Shown: positions 37,923 to 48,257, counted from the stretch's first letter. The stretch is 64,000 bases of DNA from Candidatus Eiseniibacteriota bacterium (GCA_963762255.1 CAVXKA010000002.1:832001-896000); one strand, 5' to 3'. The notes: generated from the letters alone by a model not told the origin. Numbers and translations are program-made.

Positions 37923-38765
37923 CTAGCCGGTGGATACCCCGGTCGAGTCGACGGCGCTCCAGTCGAGTTGACTCCCCCGTACGCTGTGCGGGATGAAGTA
38001 GACCGCCAGCATGATCGCCACCGCCAGGAGCACTGCCGCCCGCTCCCGGGCGGGCCGGCGACGGGCCCACAGCCAGGCCAGACCCCAGACCAGGACCACC
38101 GCCAGGGTCTTGTTGTCCGTCCAGTCCTCCCCGAACGGCCACCCCGTCCAGTAGGCCCCGAAGGAGAGCTTCTGGACGATAGGACCGAGCACCAGGCCTC
38201 CGGGGATCAGAAACGCAATCACCCAGGGGATGAACCGCGCGGGCCTGGCCTCACCCACCGCCGCGCCCAGCCCAGCCCGGATCGCGAAGAGGAGCGAGAC
38301 GAACATGCAGAGGATGTGAGGGACCAGCACAGCGGCCGGCACATCTCCGCGGTAGCGGATGACCGCGGCCCCGCCGGCCGGGAACGTGGCCTCACGGTCA
38401 CCCCGGCGCACGCGCACCGAGTACTCGAGCTTGGCGGCCGGGGGCTGGTGCGGAAGCTCGGCGGTCAGCTTCCCGTCGCGATGCTCCATCGCGAGATGGG
38501 TCCAGGCCTCCTTGGTGGGGTAACGTCGCCACTCGATCTCGCCGGTCACGTCGGCCGGCGCGGCCAACGACACGACGGCGCCACCCTCGCCGGGGTGCGA
38601 GCGCGGCAGTTCCCCGCGCACCTCGGCACCGTCCAGGCTCACGTCCACGGGGACCGGCCACGAGGGGCCGGTGCGCCGCTGATACCCCCCCACCACCACC
38701 GTCAGCACGAGCGCGCCTACGAGCAGCAGGCTCTTGGCCATCCACGTGTTGGTCTTCGACTCCAC
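37923..38765 (-). CDS. Conserved-looking membrane protein of unknown function (N-terminal TM, soluble domain, four C-terminal TMs)
   Basis: GTG start after GAGGAGG; YQRRTGPSWP, LPHQPPAAKLEY, GPIVQK.FGAYWTGWPFGEDWTDNKTL, YFIPHS. Confidence 0.7.
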   Translation of the reverse strand: MESKTNTWMAKSLLLVGALVLTVVVGGYQRRTGPSWPVPVDVSLDGAEVRGELPRSHPGEGGAVVSLAAPADVTGEIEWRRYPTKEAWTHLAMEHRDGKLTAELPHQPPAAKLEYSVRVRRGDREATFPAGGAAVIRYRGDVPAAVLVPHILCMFVSLLFAIRAGLGAAVGEARPARFIPWVIAFLIPGGLVLGPIVQKLSFGAYWTGWPFGEDWTDNKTLAVVLVWGLAWLWARRRPARERAAVLLAVAIMLAVYFIPHSVRGSQLDWSAVDSTGVSTG

Positions 38766-38829
38766 CCCGATCCTCCTCATCCTTGCGACCGCGCCGCGAC
38801 GGACGCGACAACCCCGTGAGCGTCCGACG

Positions 38830-41506
38830 TTACTTCCCTTCGGCGAGCATCGCGCGCTCCACCGCCGGGAGCGCGTGCACCTCATCGTAGCGGCCCCACT
38901 TGGGACGATAGACGAACTCGGGCGACGCGCCGGCGGCGATCCGCGCCCGGAGCGGCACCAGGAGTTCCGCGGCACGCACCGACTGTCCCGCGGCCTCCTG
39001 CGCGCGCGCCCCCACGATGCGCGCGAGATCGCACCATGGGCCGAGTTCCAGAGCCCGCGCGGCGGACACCGCTGCCGCCGGCGCGGCGCCCTCGGCGAGC
39101 TGCACCCAGCCGAGCAGCGCCCATACCGAGGGATCCTCATCGTCCAGAAGCATGGCGGCGTACATCTGCTCACGGGCGCGCGCGGTCTCCCCCGCGCGCA
39201 AGAGATCGCGAGCGTAGTCGACGCGCAACTCCACCACTCCCGTCCGAAGGCGCACGGCTTCTTCATAACGCGCCCACGCGTTCTGTCCAATCGTGATCGA
39301 GCGCCAGCGCAGCGGCCATTCCCCAGAGACCTTCGGGATTGTCGCGCTGGTATTCGAGAACGGCCGCGTAGGCGTCGCGCGACTCGACGGCGTCCCCGCG
39401 AATCCAGTGCAGGCGTCCCAATTCGAGATCGACCAGGTAGCGCTCGTCGGCGCGCACTTGAGGGCGAGCCTCGCCGAGCGCGGCGATCGCCGCATCGAGT
39501 CCCCGCCCCGCATGCCAGAGGGCGCTCGCATGACGCAGGGCGAGCGCGGCGCTGGCCGGACTAGCCGGCGCGGACTGCTCGGCCAGGACGAGCGCGTCAC
39601 CGGGGCCGCCGGCCACGTCCAGGGCGTAGATCAGCGACGCGGTCGCCGACTCCTCCGCCGGCGTTCGCGTGAGGGCGAGGCGGTAGGAGGCGATCGCCTG
39701 ATCGGCGTGCCCCCGGGTCAGCTCGTCGTCGCCTCGGTTCGTGTAGCCCACCGCGTAGCAACTGTCGAGATCGCTCGCGCTCATGAGCGCCTGCACCAGA
39801 CCGAGAAGAGCGGGGTCGCGGGTTTCGAGGCGCTCCAGCACGATGTCGCGAGTGTCGTAGGCGTCGCGGCGCGGCGACTCGAGCGCGTTGGCCCCCTCGG
39901 CGAAGTACTCCCACACGCTCCCCCCGGCGTAGCGAGAGAGGAACGCGTCGTGAGTGGTCTCATCGCGCTCCTTGGTGCGGCGATAGAGTTCCTGGATCTC
40001 CCGCTTGTGCGCGGCGGTGAGTACGCCGTGCACCTGGTGCGTCAGCTCGTGGAGCACCGTGTTGTAGCGGTCGAGAATGGTGCGTTCCACGTCCTCCACC
40101 CCGGTCACCGTGTTGTAGCCGCCGCATCCGCGCACGTCGTCCCAGAGGCGCGAGTCGTAGTTGATGCGCTGATCGCGCAGGAGTTCCTGGCCGGGGGTCT
40201 CGGAGAGGAGTTCGTAGAGCGGCTTGATGTAGTACGTGGAGCCCGACTCGACGAGCACCGGGATGTAGGTCTTCCACGGCGCGATCGAGAGGGCCACGCG
40301 CTTCTGATGGCGCGGGCTCAACGAGCGCCAGTTGACCACGAAGGTCTCGATCCCCGGCACGTCGGGCATCGGTGTGGCGGCCAGGTTCGCCTCGTACAGA
40401 GGGCGATGCACTTCGATGGCAAGCCGCTCCGCCTCCAGCGCCTTGGCCATGCCGTTGTGGGCGCGGCCGTACTCGGGGCAGGCGGCCAGAGCTTCACCGA
40501 AGCGCGCGCGGGCCTCGTCCAGCTTTCCCTCGCTGAAGTCGAGGGAGCCCAGACGCACCAGCACGTCGGCCCATGCCGGATGCGCGGCGCGCAGGGCGCC
40601 ATAGGCCTTGCGCGCCTTGTCGGCCTTGCCCGCGGCCAGGAGCGCATCCGCCTGTCGCAGCGCCTTCGTTCCGGCCGCGTCGGCGAACGCCGCCGGGTAG
40701 GCGGCGAAGAGCTGCGTGTAGTTTCTTCGCGCGTACCCGTTGCCGAGCATGTAGTGCGCGCGCTCGTGGTAGGGGCCGACCTCGATCGCCAGCTCGCAGG
40801 CCTCGATCGCCTCGTCGGTGCGGCCCAGCCTAATCAGGGTTTCCGCGAGAAGCTCCAGCAGATCCGCATCGGGCTCCGAGCGGGCCAACGCGTTCTCGAA
40901 ATACGCGAACGACGCGTCGAAATCGCGCAGCTCGTAGGCCGCCTTGCCGAGGCCCTGATAGGCGGCGGCGCTGTCGGCGGCGGTGCGCGCGGCGTCGAGT
41001 GCCTCCTGGTAGCGCGCGGTCGCCGCGGCGTGATCGAGGAGGAGCCCGGCCAGGCGGCCGGCCGCGATGCGGTCGGCCACCGTGAGGTCGTCGTTCCGGG
41101 CGCGCTCCCCGATCGCGCGGTCCACCGCGGCGAGATCGTCGACGGTGATCCACCAGCGGTACTCAATCGCCCGCGCCTCGGGAGAATCCGGCGCCGAGCG
41201 CGCGAGTTCCTCTACCAGCGGGCGGAGCGCTTCGTAGTCCGCGGTCGCGAAGAGGATGCGCGCGGCAAGAAGTTTCCCCTCCGGACCGGCCGTCGCCAAC
41301 TCGGGGGCCATGCGCGCCGCCTCGTCGTGCCTGCCCGCGACGAGTAGCAGCTGCGCGCGCTCCAGCGGGTCCCTCGCGTCGTGCAGCCGCGCCTCGGCGG
41401 CGCTCAGACGGACGCGCACCGGCTCGAGCAGCGGGCTCGCGGCGAAGGACACGGACGCGGTCACAAGGATCGAGACGCAGGCAAGCGCCTGCGCCGCTCG
41501 TCTCAT
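38830..41506 (-). CDS. Secreted TPR-repeat protein with an internal HEXXH zinc-protease domain, frameshifted near 39280
   Basis: Signal peptide, many TPR helices, VLHELTHQVH..FLSRYA..EYFAE; TPRs continue in the 38830..39600 frame (AWARYEEAVRL..). Confidence 0.78.
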
Positions 41507-41616
41507 CCAAGATACGTTCACGTTGAATCTCCCGGCTGCGCCGCGTGCGGTCGGGCGCGGCGATGATGGAGCGAGAGGTGGAGGAATTATACGCATGTGA
41601 CGGCGAAGCGCGCGCG

Positions 41617-43812
41617 TCAGCGAGGAGGGGTGAGCGGATGGCCGAGGGAGAGGGTCCAGAGGTCGCGGTCATGGGAAGCGCGACCGTAGGCAATCTGAAG
41701 CGGGCCGATGGGGAGGTCGAGCCGCATCGCCGCACCGTAGCCACCGCGGAATCCCGAGAGCTTCACGTCGTCCGCGCGCATCCACACCCAGCCGCCGTCG
41801 AGCATGAAGCGCAGGCTCATGACAGACCAGATCGGGATGTCATGGTGGATGCCTCCCGCGGCCACGTTGTTGCCGAGGAGTTCCTCCTCGTGGAAACCGA
41901 TCAGGCTTCCGGGGCCGCCGAGCCTGAACCACCGAGCCGCGGGCACCACGCAGTTGTGGAAGCCGATGCGAGCCCGCGCGCCGACGACCCCCCCCAGCGG
42001 CCCCGCAAGGCATCCGGAGGCGCGCAGGTCGTACCGGCGGAACGCGCGGTCCCCGCCCAGGATCCGCCACGCGGCCTCCACTTCGGCGGAAACGTCCACC
42101 TCTCGCGCTGCGCTCCCGCCCAGCCCCTCGCGCAAATAGACTCCCCGCATCACCAGTGAGGTGTAGTCCTCACGTTCCGCGGCGATGGCCTCTGGGGGAT
42201 AGGAGTCGGTGACCGTCCATTCGCGGCGGGGTGCGATCTCGATCAGCCCGTACCGCCCGAGCACGAAACCGGTCTGGAGGAAATCGATGCTTCCCCGGCG
42301 AAGGTGCACGGATCGTTGGCGGGTCCGGCCTTCGTAGCGGGGCAGGACGTCGTTTCTGTAGGTGGCCCGCGTCCGCTGGAAGAGCCTCACCGGCATGAGA
42401 TAGGGGGTCTCCGCCTGGACGGTGAAGACCTGGGTGTTCTCGTTGCCGAGAACCTCGACCAGCGCCGAACTCCCGGTGCGCCAGATGTTGGTATTGCGAA
42501 CCCGCAGGATCCCGCCCCATCCGCGCTCGGTGTCCACGCGCAATCCGGCCCCCGCCCCCCATGAAGGCCGCTCCGTGACGCTGACCACCAGCTCGACGCG
42601 ATCCACACCCATGGGAAGAATTTCGATACGGACCGCGCGGAAGCGGCCGTTGCTATCGAGATTGGCGAGGCTGCGGATCACGAGGTCCATGTTCCACGCT
42701 TGGCCCTCCTCGACCGCCATCTCCTCTTTGACGACCTTCGCCTCGTAGTTGCGGAGACCCTCGACGCGGATCTTGCCGATGCTCATCCCGTCGAGGGCGC
42801 GTCGGGCGCGTTCGCCGAACGCTCGGCGGGAGATCCCCCGCTCGGCCATGCGTTCGCGGGAAATGCCCGCCGAATCGAGAATGGCGAACACGCGCGGGAC
42901 CGCGGCGAGGCCGGCTCGGTAGCCCGCCGCAACGGCGGAGTCGGCGCGGTCGAAAGCGGTCGGGCTGATCGAACCGAGGTCGGGACAGATGACGAGCTGC
43001 GCGTACTCCATCCCTTGCGTGTTGGAGAACTGATTCATGACCTCGTAGGTGCGGCGGGCCACGGTGAATGGGCCGAGCGGGACGGTGCCCGCCTTGAAGG
43101 GCTTCGCGACATCCACCCCGATCAGCACGCGCGCGCCCTGTTCATGCGCCGTGGTGAGCGGGAAGTTGTCGAGAATCCCTCCATCCACGAGGAAGAGCGA
43201 GTCGACCTGCACGGGCTCGAAGACGAGGGGCACCGCCGTGGTCGCGACCAGGGCGCGTGCAAGGCTGCCGCGGTCGAGAGAAACCAGACGACCGGTGCGC
43301 AGATCGGTGACGACGGCGCGGAAGGGCACACCAAGCGCGCCGAAATCGCCGCCGGCTGCGAACTCCGCGGGCAGCGTCTGGCGCGCGTAGACCTGCTGCG
43401 GTCCGGCGGAGCCGGCGAGCGTCTGATCCAGCTCGAGCCCCCGCTCGCCGGAGAGGTAGAGCGTGAAGAGCCCCGGACGGTGGTCGCGCGCCTCGGTCAC
43501 CTCCCGGTATCGCCCGCTGTGGGCGCCGGAGAGGAGAACGTCCCAGTCGAGACTGCGGGTGAGGGATTCGAGCTCCTTGGGGGAGTATCCCGAGGCGTAG
43601 AGCCCGCCGATGACGGCGCCCATGCTGCAGCCGACGACCAGGTCGGGGGTAATGCCGGCTTCCTCGAAGGCAAGGAGCACACCGAGGTGAGCCAGCCCGC
43701 GGGCACCGCCGCCGCTCAGGACGAGGGCGAAATCGGGGGGCGGGTCCGTGCTTGGCGCGGCCGCGGTGAAGAGAAGAAGGACGATGAGGAGAGAACTGAT
43801 TCGAACCAGCAC
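41617..43812 (-). CDS. Patatin-like phospholipase with POTRA and Omp85/BamA-type barrel (PlpD-like)
   Basis: LSGGGARG, GCSMG, VDGG; POTRA IRVEGL..SLANL..GRF; barrel end LPIGPLQIAYG..LSLG. Confidence 0.87.
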   Translation of the reverse strand: MLVRISSLLIVLLLFTAAAPSTDPPPDFALVLSGGGARGLAHLGVLLAFEEAGITPDLVVGCSMGAVIGGLYASGYSPKELESLTRSLDWDVLLSGAHSGRYREVTEARDHRPGLFTLYLSGERGLELDQTLAGSAGPQQVYARQTLPAEFAAGGDFGALGVPFRAVVTDLRTGRLVSLDRGSLARALVATTAVPLVFEPVQVDSLFLVDGGILDNFPLTTAHEQGARVLIGVDVAKPFKAGTVPLGPFTVARRTYEVMNQFSNTQGMEYAQLVICPDLGSISPTAFDRADSAVAAGYRAGLAAVPRVFAILDSAGISRERMAERGISRRAFGERARRALDGMSIGKIRVEGLRNYEAKVVKEEMAVEEGQAWNMDLVIRSLANLDSNGRFRAVRIEILPMGVDRVELVVSVTERPSWGAGAGLRVDTERGWGGILRVRNTNIWRTGSSALVEVLGNENTQVFTVQAETPYLMPVRLFQRTRATYRNDVLPRYEGRTRQRSVHLRRGSIDFLQTGFVLGRYGLIEIAPRREWTVTDSYPPEAIAAEREDYTSLVMRGVYLREGLGGSAAREVDVSAEVEAAWRILGGDRAFRRYDLRASGCLAGPLGGVVGARARIGFHNCVVPAARWFRLGGPGSLIGFHEEELLGNNVAAGGIHHDIPIWSVMSLRFMLDGGWVWMRADDVKLSGFRGGYGAAMRLDLPIGPLQIAYGRASHDRDLWTLSLGHPLTPPR

Positions 43813-43930
43813 CGCGGGAAGCTTCAGCCCCGGCGGGCGCGGCGTCAACCGGTCAGGACCGGGCGCGCGGCGGGTCAGGCTTGGCGACAGGAGCGTGACG
43901 CCGGCCGACGCACCTGCGCGCGCGCGGCGG

Positions 43931-43969
43931 GAAAGAAAACGGGGCCGGAGGATCGTTCCTCCGGCCCCG
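43931..43969 (-). terminator. Strong intrinsic terminator
   Basis: CGGGGCCGGAGGA-ACGA-TCCTCCGGCCCCG followed by TTTTCTTT. Confidence 0.9.
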
Positions 43970-44275
43970 AAGCTGACCGCAATAGAGTCCCACGACCCTA
44001 TCGCGGGCACCTCGACATGGAACTACTCAACTGGCAGACACCTCCCCCGCCATCTCTAGGCGGCACCCCGTGGAATGCGCTTCTGGCGCGCGATGTCGGG
44101 CCGAGCCCGTCCGCGCGCCGCGCGCGTCCCTTCGACCGGAGTGTTCGGATGCGATCCTCGGCATGGCCGCGGATCCGGGCCTGCCGTCGGGGAGGAGGTT
44201 GGCCGCGAAAGCCCTCCGCTCCTCGGACCCGTTCCCGGGGTCCCTCGGTGGGGCCCACCCCGACGTCGTGGTAGC
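43933..44275 (-). ncRNA. Candidate structured RNA of about 340 nt, family not recognised
   Basis: Bounded by a sigma70-like promoter and a terminator, no credible protein ORF, several nested stems, internal SD plus 10-codon ORF. Confidence 0.55.
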
Positions 44276-44279
44276 CATA

Positions 44280-44308
44280 AGGCTATCACGAGGCGGGGGG
44301 GCAGTGAA
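44280..44308 (-). promoter_or_regulatory. Putative sigma70 promoter for the RNA candidate
   Basis: TTCACT-17 nt-TAGCCT with TG extended -10. Confidence 0.55.
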
Positions 44309-44473
44309 AATCTCATTGTTTGCGCACCGGCTCCACACGGTTTCGAGCCCCCGGACCCGGGATGGGCCCCTCATCGCCCCTCGTGCTAGACTCCGGTGCT
44401 TCGCAGCCGGGCAGAGACTCGTCATCCCGGCCCAAGCAGTTGACGCCGTACCCCCTTGCCATCACAAACCACC

Positions 44474-45478
44474 ATGCACTTTGAAGACCATCGCCGGGGC
44501 GCGCCCGGCACCCGCACACGGCTCTATCGCTATGCCCAGGTCGTCTCCGTGGCGATCGTGGTGCTGCTCCTCGCGGGGGCCATGGTGAAGAGCACGAACA
44601 CCGGCCTTTCGGTGCCCGACTGGCCGCTCTCGTTCGGGAAGGTCATGCCCGCGATGAGCCCGAGCGTCCCCTACTTCTACGAGCACGGGCACCGCATGAT
44701 CGCGACCCTGGTGGGCGCGCTCACCGTCGTTCTCGCCGCGTGGCTCTACGTGCGCGAGCCGAGGGCGTGGATGCGCCGGCTCGGGTGGGTCGCCCTCCTC
44801 ATGGTGATCCTGCAGGGGGTGCTGGGTGGAATGACCGTGCTGCTGAAGCTACCGGTCTGGACATCGGCCGCGCATGCCTGCCTCGCTCAGGGGTTCTTCC
44901 TTGTCGTGATCATGATCGCCCTGGCGCTTTCACCCGGATGGAACACGAAGTCGCGGTCGCCGGAGGCCTTCGACTCGCGCACCCCGGTCCTGGCGACCAT
45001 CGCCACCGCCGCCATCTTCGTGCAGTTGGTCCTCGGCGCGGTATTGCGGCACATGGAAGCCTGGCAGGTGATCCAGGACTGGCCGCTCTCCAACGGTCAC
45101 CTGATTCCTCCGGTCTTCACGCCCGAGATCGCCGTGCACTTCGCGCACCGCACCTGGGCCTATGTGGTCCTGATCGCAGCGATCGCCGCCGGCGTGAGCG
45201 CATTGCGAACCGCCGGCAAACGCTCCGACATCGCGAGCCCTGCCATCCTCATGCTGATCCTGGTCGTGGTTCAGATCATGCTAGGAGCGCTGACGATCTG
45301 GACCCACCGCCAGCCGCACGTGGCCAGCACGCACCTCGTGATCGGGGCGCTTCTTCTTGCGGTGAGCTTCATCCTCACCGCACGATCCTGGCGCTATCTG
45401 CGCACTCCGCGACCCGTGCTGCCGGAGGCGCTGAGGACCCGCGAAGGAGCGGTCGGCTACGGAGAGGGCGGCGCGTGA
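44474..45478 (+). CDS. ctaA: Heme A synthase (COX15/CtaA family)
   Basis: GLSVPDWPL, YEHGHRMIA, LQGVLGG.TV, AHACLAQ, HFAHR, STHLV. Confidence 0.9.
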   Translation: MHFEDHRRGAPGTRTRLYRYAQVVSVAIVVLLLAGAMVKSTNTGLSVPDWPLSFGKVMPAMSPSVPYFYEHGHRMIATLVGALTVVLAAWLYVREPRAWMRRLGWVALLMVILQGVLGGMTVLLKLPVWTSAAHACLAQGFFLVVIMIALALSPGWNTKSRSPEAFDSRTPVLATIATAAIFVQLVLGAVLRHMEAWQVIQDWPLSNGHLIPPVFTPEIAVHFAHRTWAYVVLIAAIAAGVSALRTAGKRSDIASPAILMLILVVVQIMLGALTIWTHRQPHVASTHLVIGALLLAVSFILTARSWRYLRTPRPVLPEALRTREGAVGYGEGGA

Positions 45479-46413
45479 AAGACGAGGCGGTTCTTCAGCG
45501 GACCGATATACAAGCCGCGGTGCGCACCGAGGGGCGAGTCGCGGGACGGACCGTGTCCCCCCTCTCCGACTACATCGAGCTGTCCAAGCCGCGCATCACG
45601 CTGCTCGTGGTGATCACGGCCGCGGTGGGCTACTTCATGGCGAGCGGCGGACGCCTCTGGCCGCTCGGGCTCGCGCACATCATGCTCGGGACCGGCCTCG
45701 TCTCCGCGGGGGCGAGCGTTCTGAACCAGGTGATGGAGCGCGACGCCGACGCGCGGATGCACCGCACGCGTAATCGCGCCATCCCCGCCGGGCGGGTGAG
45801 CGCGGGGGCGGGCCTTGCCTACGGCATGGTCATGGGCCTGGGAGGCGTGCTCTACATCGCCATCTTCCTCAACGCGCTGACCGCGCTGCTCGCGGCGGCC
45901 ACGCTCGCGAGCTACGTCTTCGTCTACACGCCGCTCAAGCGCGTGACGACCTTGAACACGCTGATCGGCGCGGTGCCGGGAGCGCTCCCCCCCGTCGGAG
46001 GCTGGGCGGCGGCGACCGGGACCCTCCCGCGCGAGGCGTGGGTTCTCTTCCTCATCGTCTTCCTGTGGCAGGTGCCGCACTTTCTGGCCATCGCGTGGCT
46101 TCTTCGCGAGGACTACGCGCGCGGCGGGTTTCGCATGCTCTCGGTGGAGGACCCCGAGGGGCGCAGCACCGGCCGCCACATCGCCCTGGGCGCCCTGGCG
46201 TTGGTGCCGGTGAGCCTCTCCCCCACGCTCCTCGGCATGACCGGATCGACCTACTTCTTCGGCGCGCTCGTGTTGACGCTGGCCTTCGCCGCGCTCGCTC
46301 TCTGGATGGCGCGACGGCCCGTCGACGTGCGCGCGCGATGGCTCTTTCTCGGCTCGATCGCCTATCTTCCCGCCCTTCTCGCGGTGATGATGATCGACAG
46401 GATGCCCCGCTGA
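45475..46413 (+). CDS. ctaB: Protoheme IX farnesyltransferase (heme O synthase)
   Basis: LSKPRI, LNQVMERDADARMHRTRNR, YTPLKR, GAVPGALPP..GW, WQVPHF..DY. Confidence 0.95.
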   Translation: MKDEAVLQRTDIQAAVRTEGRVAGRTVSPLSDYIELSKPRITLLVVITAAVGYFMASGGRLWPLGLAHIMLGTGLVSAGASVLNQVMERDADARMHRTRNRAIPAGRVSAGAGLAYGMVMGLGGVLYIAIFLNALTALLAAATLASYVFVYTPLKRVTTLNTLIGAVPGALPPVGGWAAATGTLPREAWVLFLIVFLWQVPHFLAIAWLLREDYARGGFRMLSVEDPEGRSTGRHIALGALALVPVSLSPTLLGMTGSTYFFGALVLTLAFAALALWMARRPVDVRARWLFLGSIAYLPALLAVMMIDRMPR

Positions 46414-46418
46414 GTCAC

Positions 46419-47444
46419 ATGAACACGGTACTCCCCGGAGCGCAGCCTTCCGTCGTGGTCGACGTCCGCGATCTCGGGCATCGGTATGGCGATCGCGAGG
46501 CGCTGCGCGGCGTGAGCTTCAGCGTTGCCGCGGGCGAGATCTTCGGCGTGCTGGGCCCCAACGGCGGCGGCAAGAGCACGCTCTTTCGCATCCTCTCGAC
46601 CATGGTCCCGCCCGGCGCGGGCTCTCTCTCGCTCTTTGGCAAGGATCCCGCGCGCGATCTGAACGGCGCGCGGCGCGCGTTAGGGGTGGTGTTCCAGTCG
46701 CCGAGCCTCGATCTCATGCTCACCGCGCGCGAGAACCTGCTCCATCAAGGACATCTTTACGGTCTGCGCGGGCGGGCACTGACCAAGCGGATGGAGTCGA
46801 TGCTCGACGCGGTGGGCTTGGCGGAGCGCGCCGCCGAGCGCGTCGACCGTTTCTCCGGCGGCATGCGGCGACGGCTCGAGATTGCCAAGGCGCTCCTCCA
46901 CGAACCGCGGTTGCTGATCCTGGACGAGCCTTCCACCGGCCTCGACCCCGGCGCCCGCCGCGATCTCTGGCAGCATCTGCACCGGTTGCGCGACATGGAC
47001 GGGGTGACGGTGCTCCTCACCACGCATCTCATGGACGAGGCCGAGCACTGCGACCGCCTGCTCATCCTGGATCGCGGCCTGCGGGTGGCGCTCGAGTCGC
47101 CGGCCGCGCTCAAGGAACAGGTCGGCGGCGACGTCGTCACCGTGGACGTCGAGAACCCGGAGGCGCTGGCCGCGGAGGCTGCCGCGCGCTTCGCGGTGAA
47201 GGCGACGGTGGTGGGCGGCCGCGTGCGCGTGGAGCGCGAGCGAGGACACGAGCTCGCGGCGGCGCTGGTGGAGGCCTTCCCCGGGCGCATACGCGCGGTA
47301 TCGATCGGGAAGCCCACGCTGGAAGACGTCTTCATCGATCTCACCGGTCGCAGGTTCGAGGAGGCCGACGCCGAAGGCGCAGCCGTGGCGCCGAGTCCCG
47401 CGCGCCGCCGCCGCGGCCGCCCCACGGTGGAGCCGCGGGCATGA
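46419..47444 (+). CDS. ABC transporter ATP-binding protein (ABC-2/DrrA-like)
   Basis: GPNGGGKST, FSGGMRRR, LILDEPSTGLD, TTHLM, PTLEDVF. Confidence 0.93.
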   Translation: MNTVLPGAQPSVVVDVRDLGHRYGDREALRGVSFSVAAGEIFGVLGPNGGGKSTLFRILSTMVPPGAGSLSLFGKDPARDLNGARRALGVVFQSPSLDLMLTARENLLHQGHLYGLRGRALTKRMESMLDAVGLAERAAERVDRFSGGMRRRLEIAKALLHEPRLLILDEPSTGLDPGARRDLWQHLHRLRDMDGVTVLLTTHLMDEAEHCDRLLILDRGLRVALESPAALKEQVGGDVVTVDVENPEALAAEAAARFAVKATVVGGRVRVERERGHELAAALVEAFPGRIRAVSIGKPTLEDVFIDLTGRRFEEADAEGAAVAPSPARRRRGRPTVEPRA

Positions 47445-48238
47445 ACGAGTTCCTGGCCGCCTACACGCTCTGGCGCCGCGAGGTCGTGCGGTTTCTGCGC
47501 CAGCCCAATCGCGTGTTTGGCGCGATCGGCTCGCCGATTCTCTTCTGGCTCATCCTCGGCTCGGGGGTGGGTCGCTCGTTCAGCGTGCCCGGGGCTGCGG
47601 CGGGGGCGGAGAACAGCCACTACCTCGTCTACGCGTTCCCCGGATCGCTGGTTCTGATCCTCCTCTTCACCGCGATCTTCTCCACGATCTCCATCATCGA
47701 GGATCGCAAGGAGGGCTTCCTTCAGTCGGTGCTGGTGGCGCCGGTGCCTCGGCGCGCGGTCGTGCTGGGAAAGATCCTCGGCGGGACCACGCTCGCCTTC
47801 ATGCAGGCCGCGCTCTTCCTCGCGCTGGGGGCCACGATCGGGATGTCGCTGCGGGTGGGACCGCTCCTGGGCACGCTGGCCATGCTCTGGTTGCTCGGCA
47901 TGGCGCTGACCGGATTGGGCTTCGTGATCGCCTGGCGGATGCAATCCGTGCAGGGCTTCCACGCGATCATGAACTTTCTCCTGATACCGCTCTGGCTTCT
48001 TTCCGGCGCGCTCTTCCCGCCGTCGGGAGCGTCGGTGTGGATGCAGTGGCTCATTCGATTGAACCCGCTCACCTATGGAATCGCGGTGGTGAGGCGGTTG
48101 CTCTTCCCCGGCGACCCGGCGCTTGCCGGGCTGCCCGGCATGGCGAGCGGCGTGATCGTGTCGCTCGGCTTCGCGCTCGCTATGTATGCCGCGTCGGCCT
48201 GGGTCGCGCGCGGCACCACCCGAGGGGATCTCCGCTGA
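47441..48238 (+). CDS. ABC-2 type permease
   Basis: REVVRFLRQ, IIEDRKEGFL..APV..GKILG, LSGALFP, NPLTY. Confidence 0.92.
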   Translation: MNEFLAAYTLWRREVVRFLRQPNRVFGAIGSPILFWLILGSGVGRSFSVPGAAAGAENSHYLVYAFPGSLVLILLFTAIFSTISIIEDRKEGFLQSVLVAPVPRRAVVLGKILGGTTLAFMQAALFLALGATIGMSLRVGPLLGTLAMLWLLGMALTGLGFVIAWRMQSVQGFHAIMNFLLIPLWLLSGALFPPSGASVWMQWLIRLNPLTYGIAVVRRLLFPGDPALAGLPGMASGVIVSLGFALAMYAASAWVARGTTRGDLR

Positions 48239-48257
48239 ACGGGAGGTAGAGACGGCC

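Noticed and set aside
43968-44275. RNase P RNA, tmRNA, SRP or cobalamin riboswitch identity for the intergenic RNA
   Set aside because: GAAGCTGACC resembles the E. coli rnpB start, but the conserved cores (GAGGAAAGUCC, ACAGAA.CCGGCUUA, T-loop/CCA end, SRP loop, B12 box) are absent on both strands.
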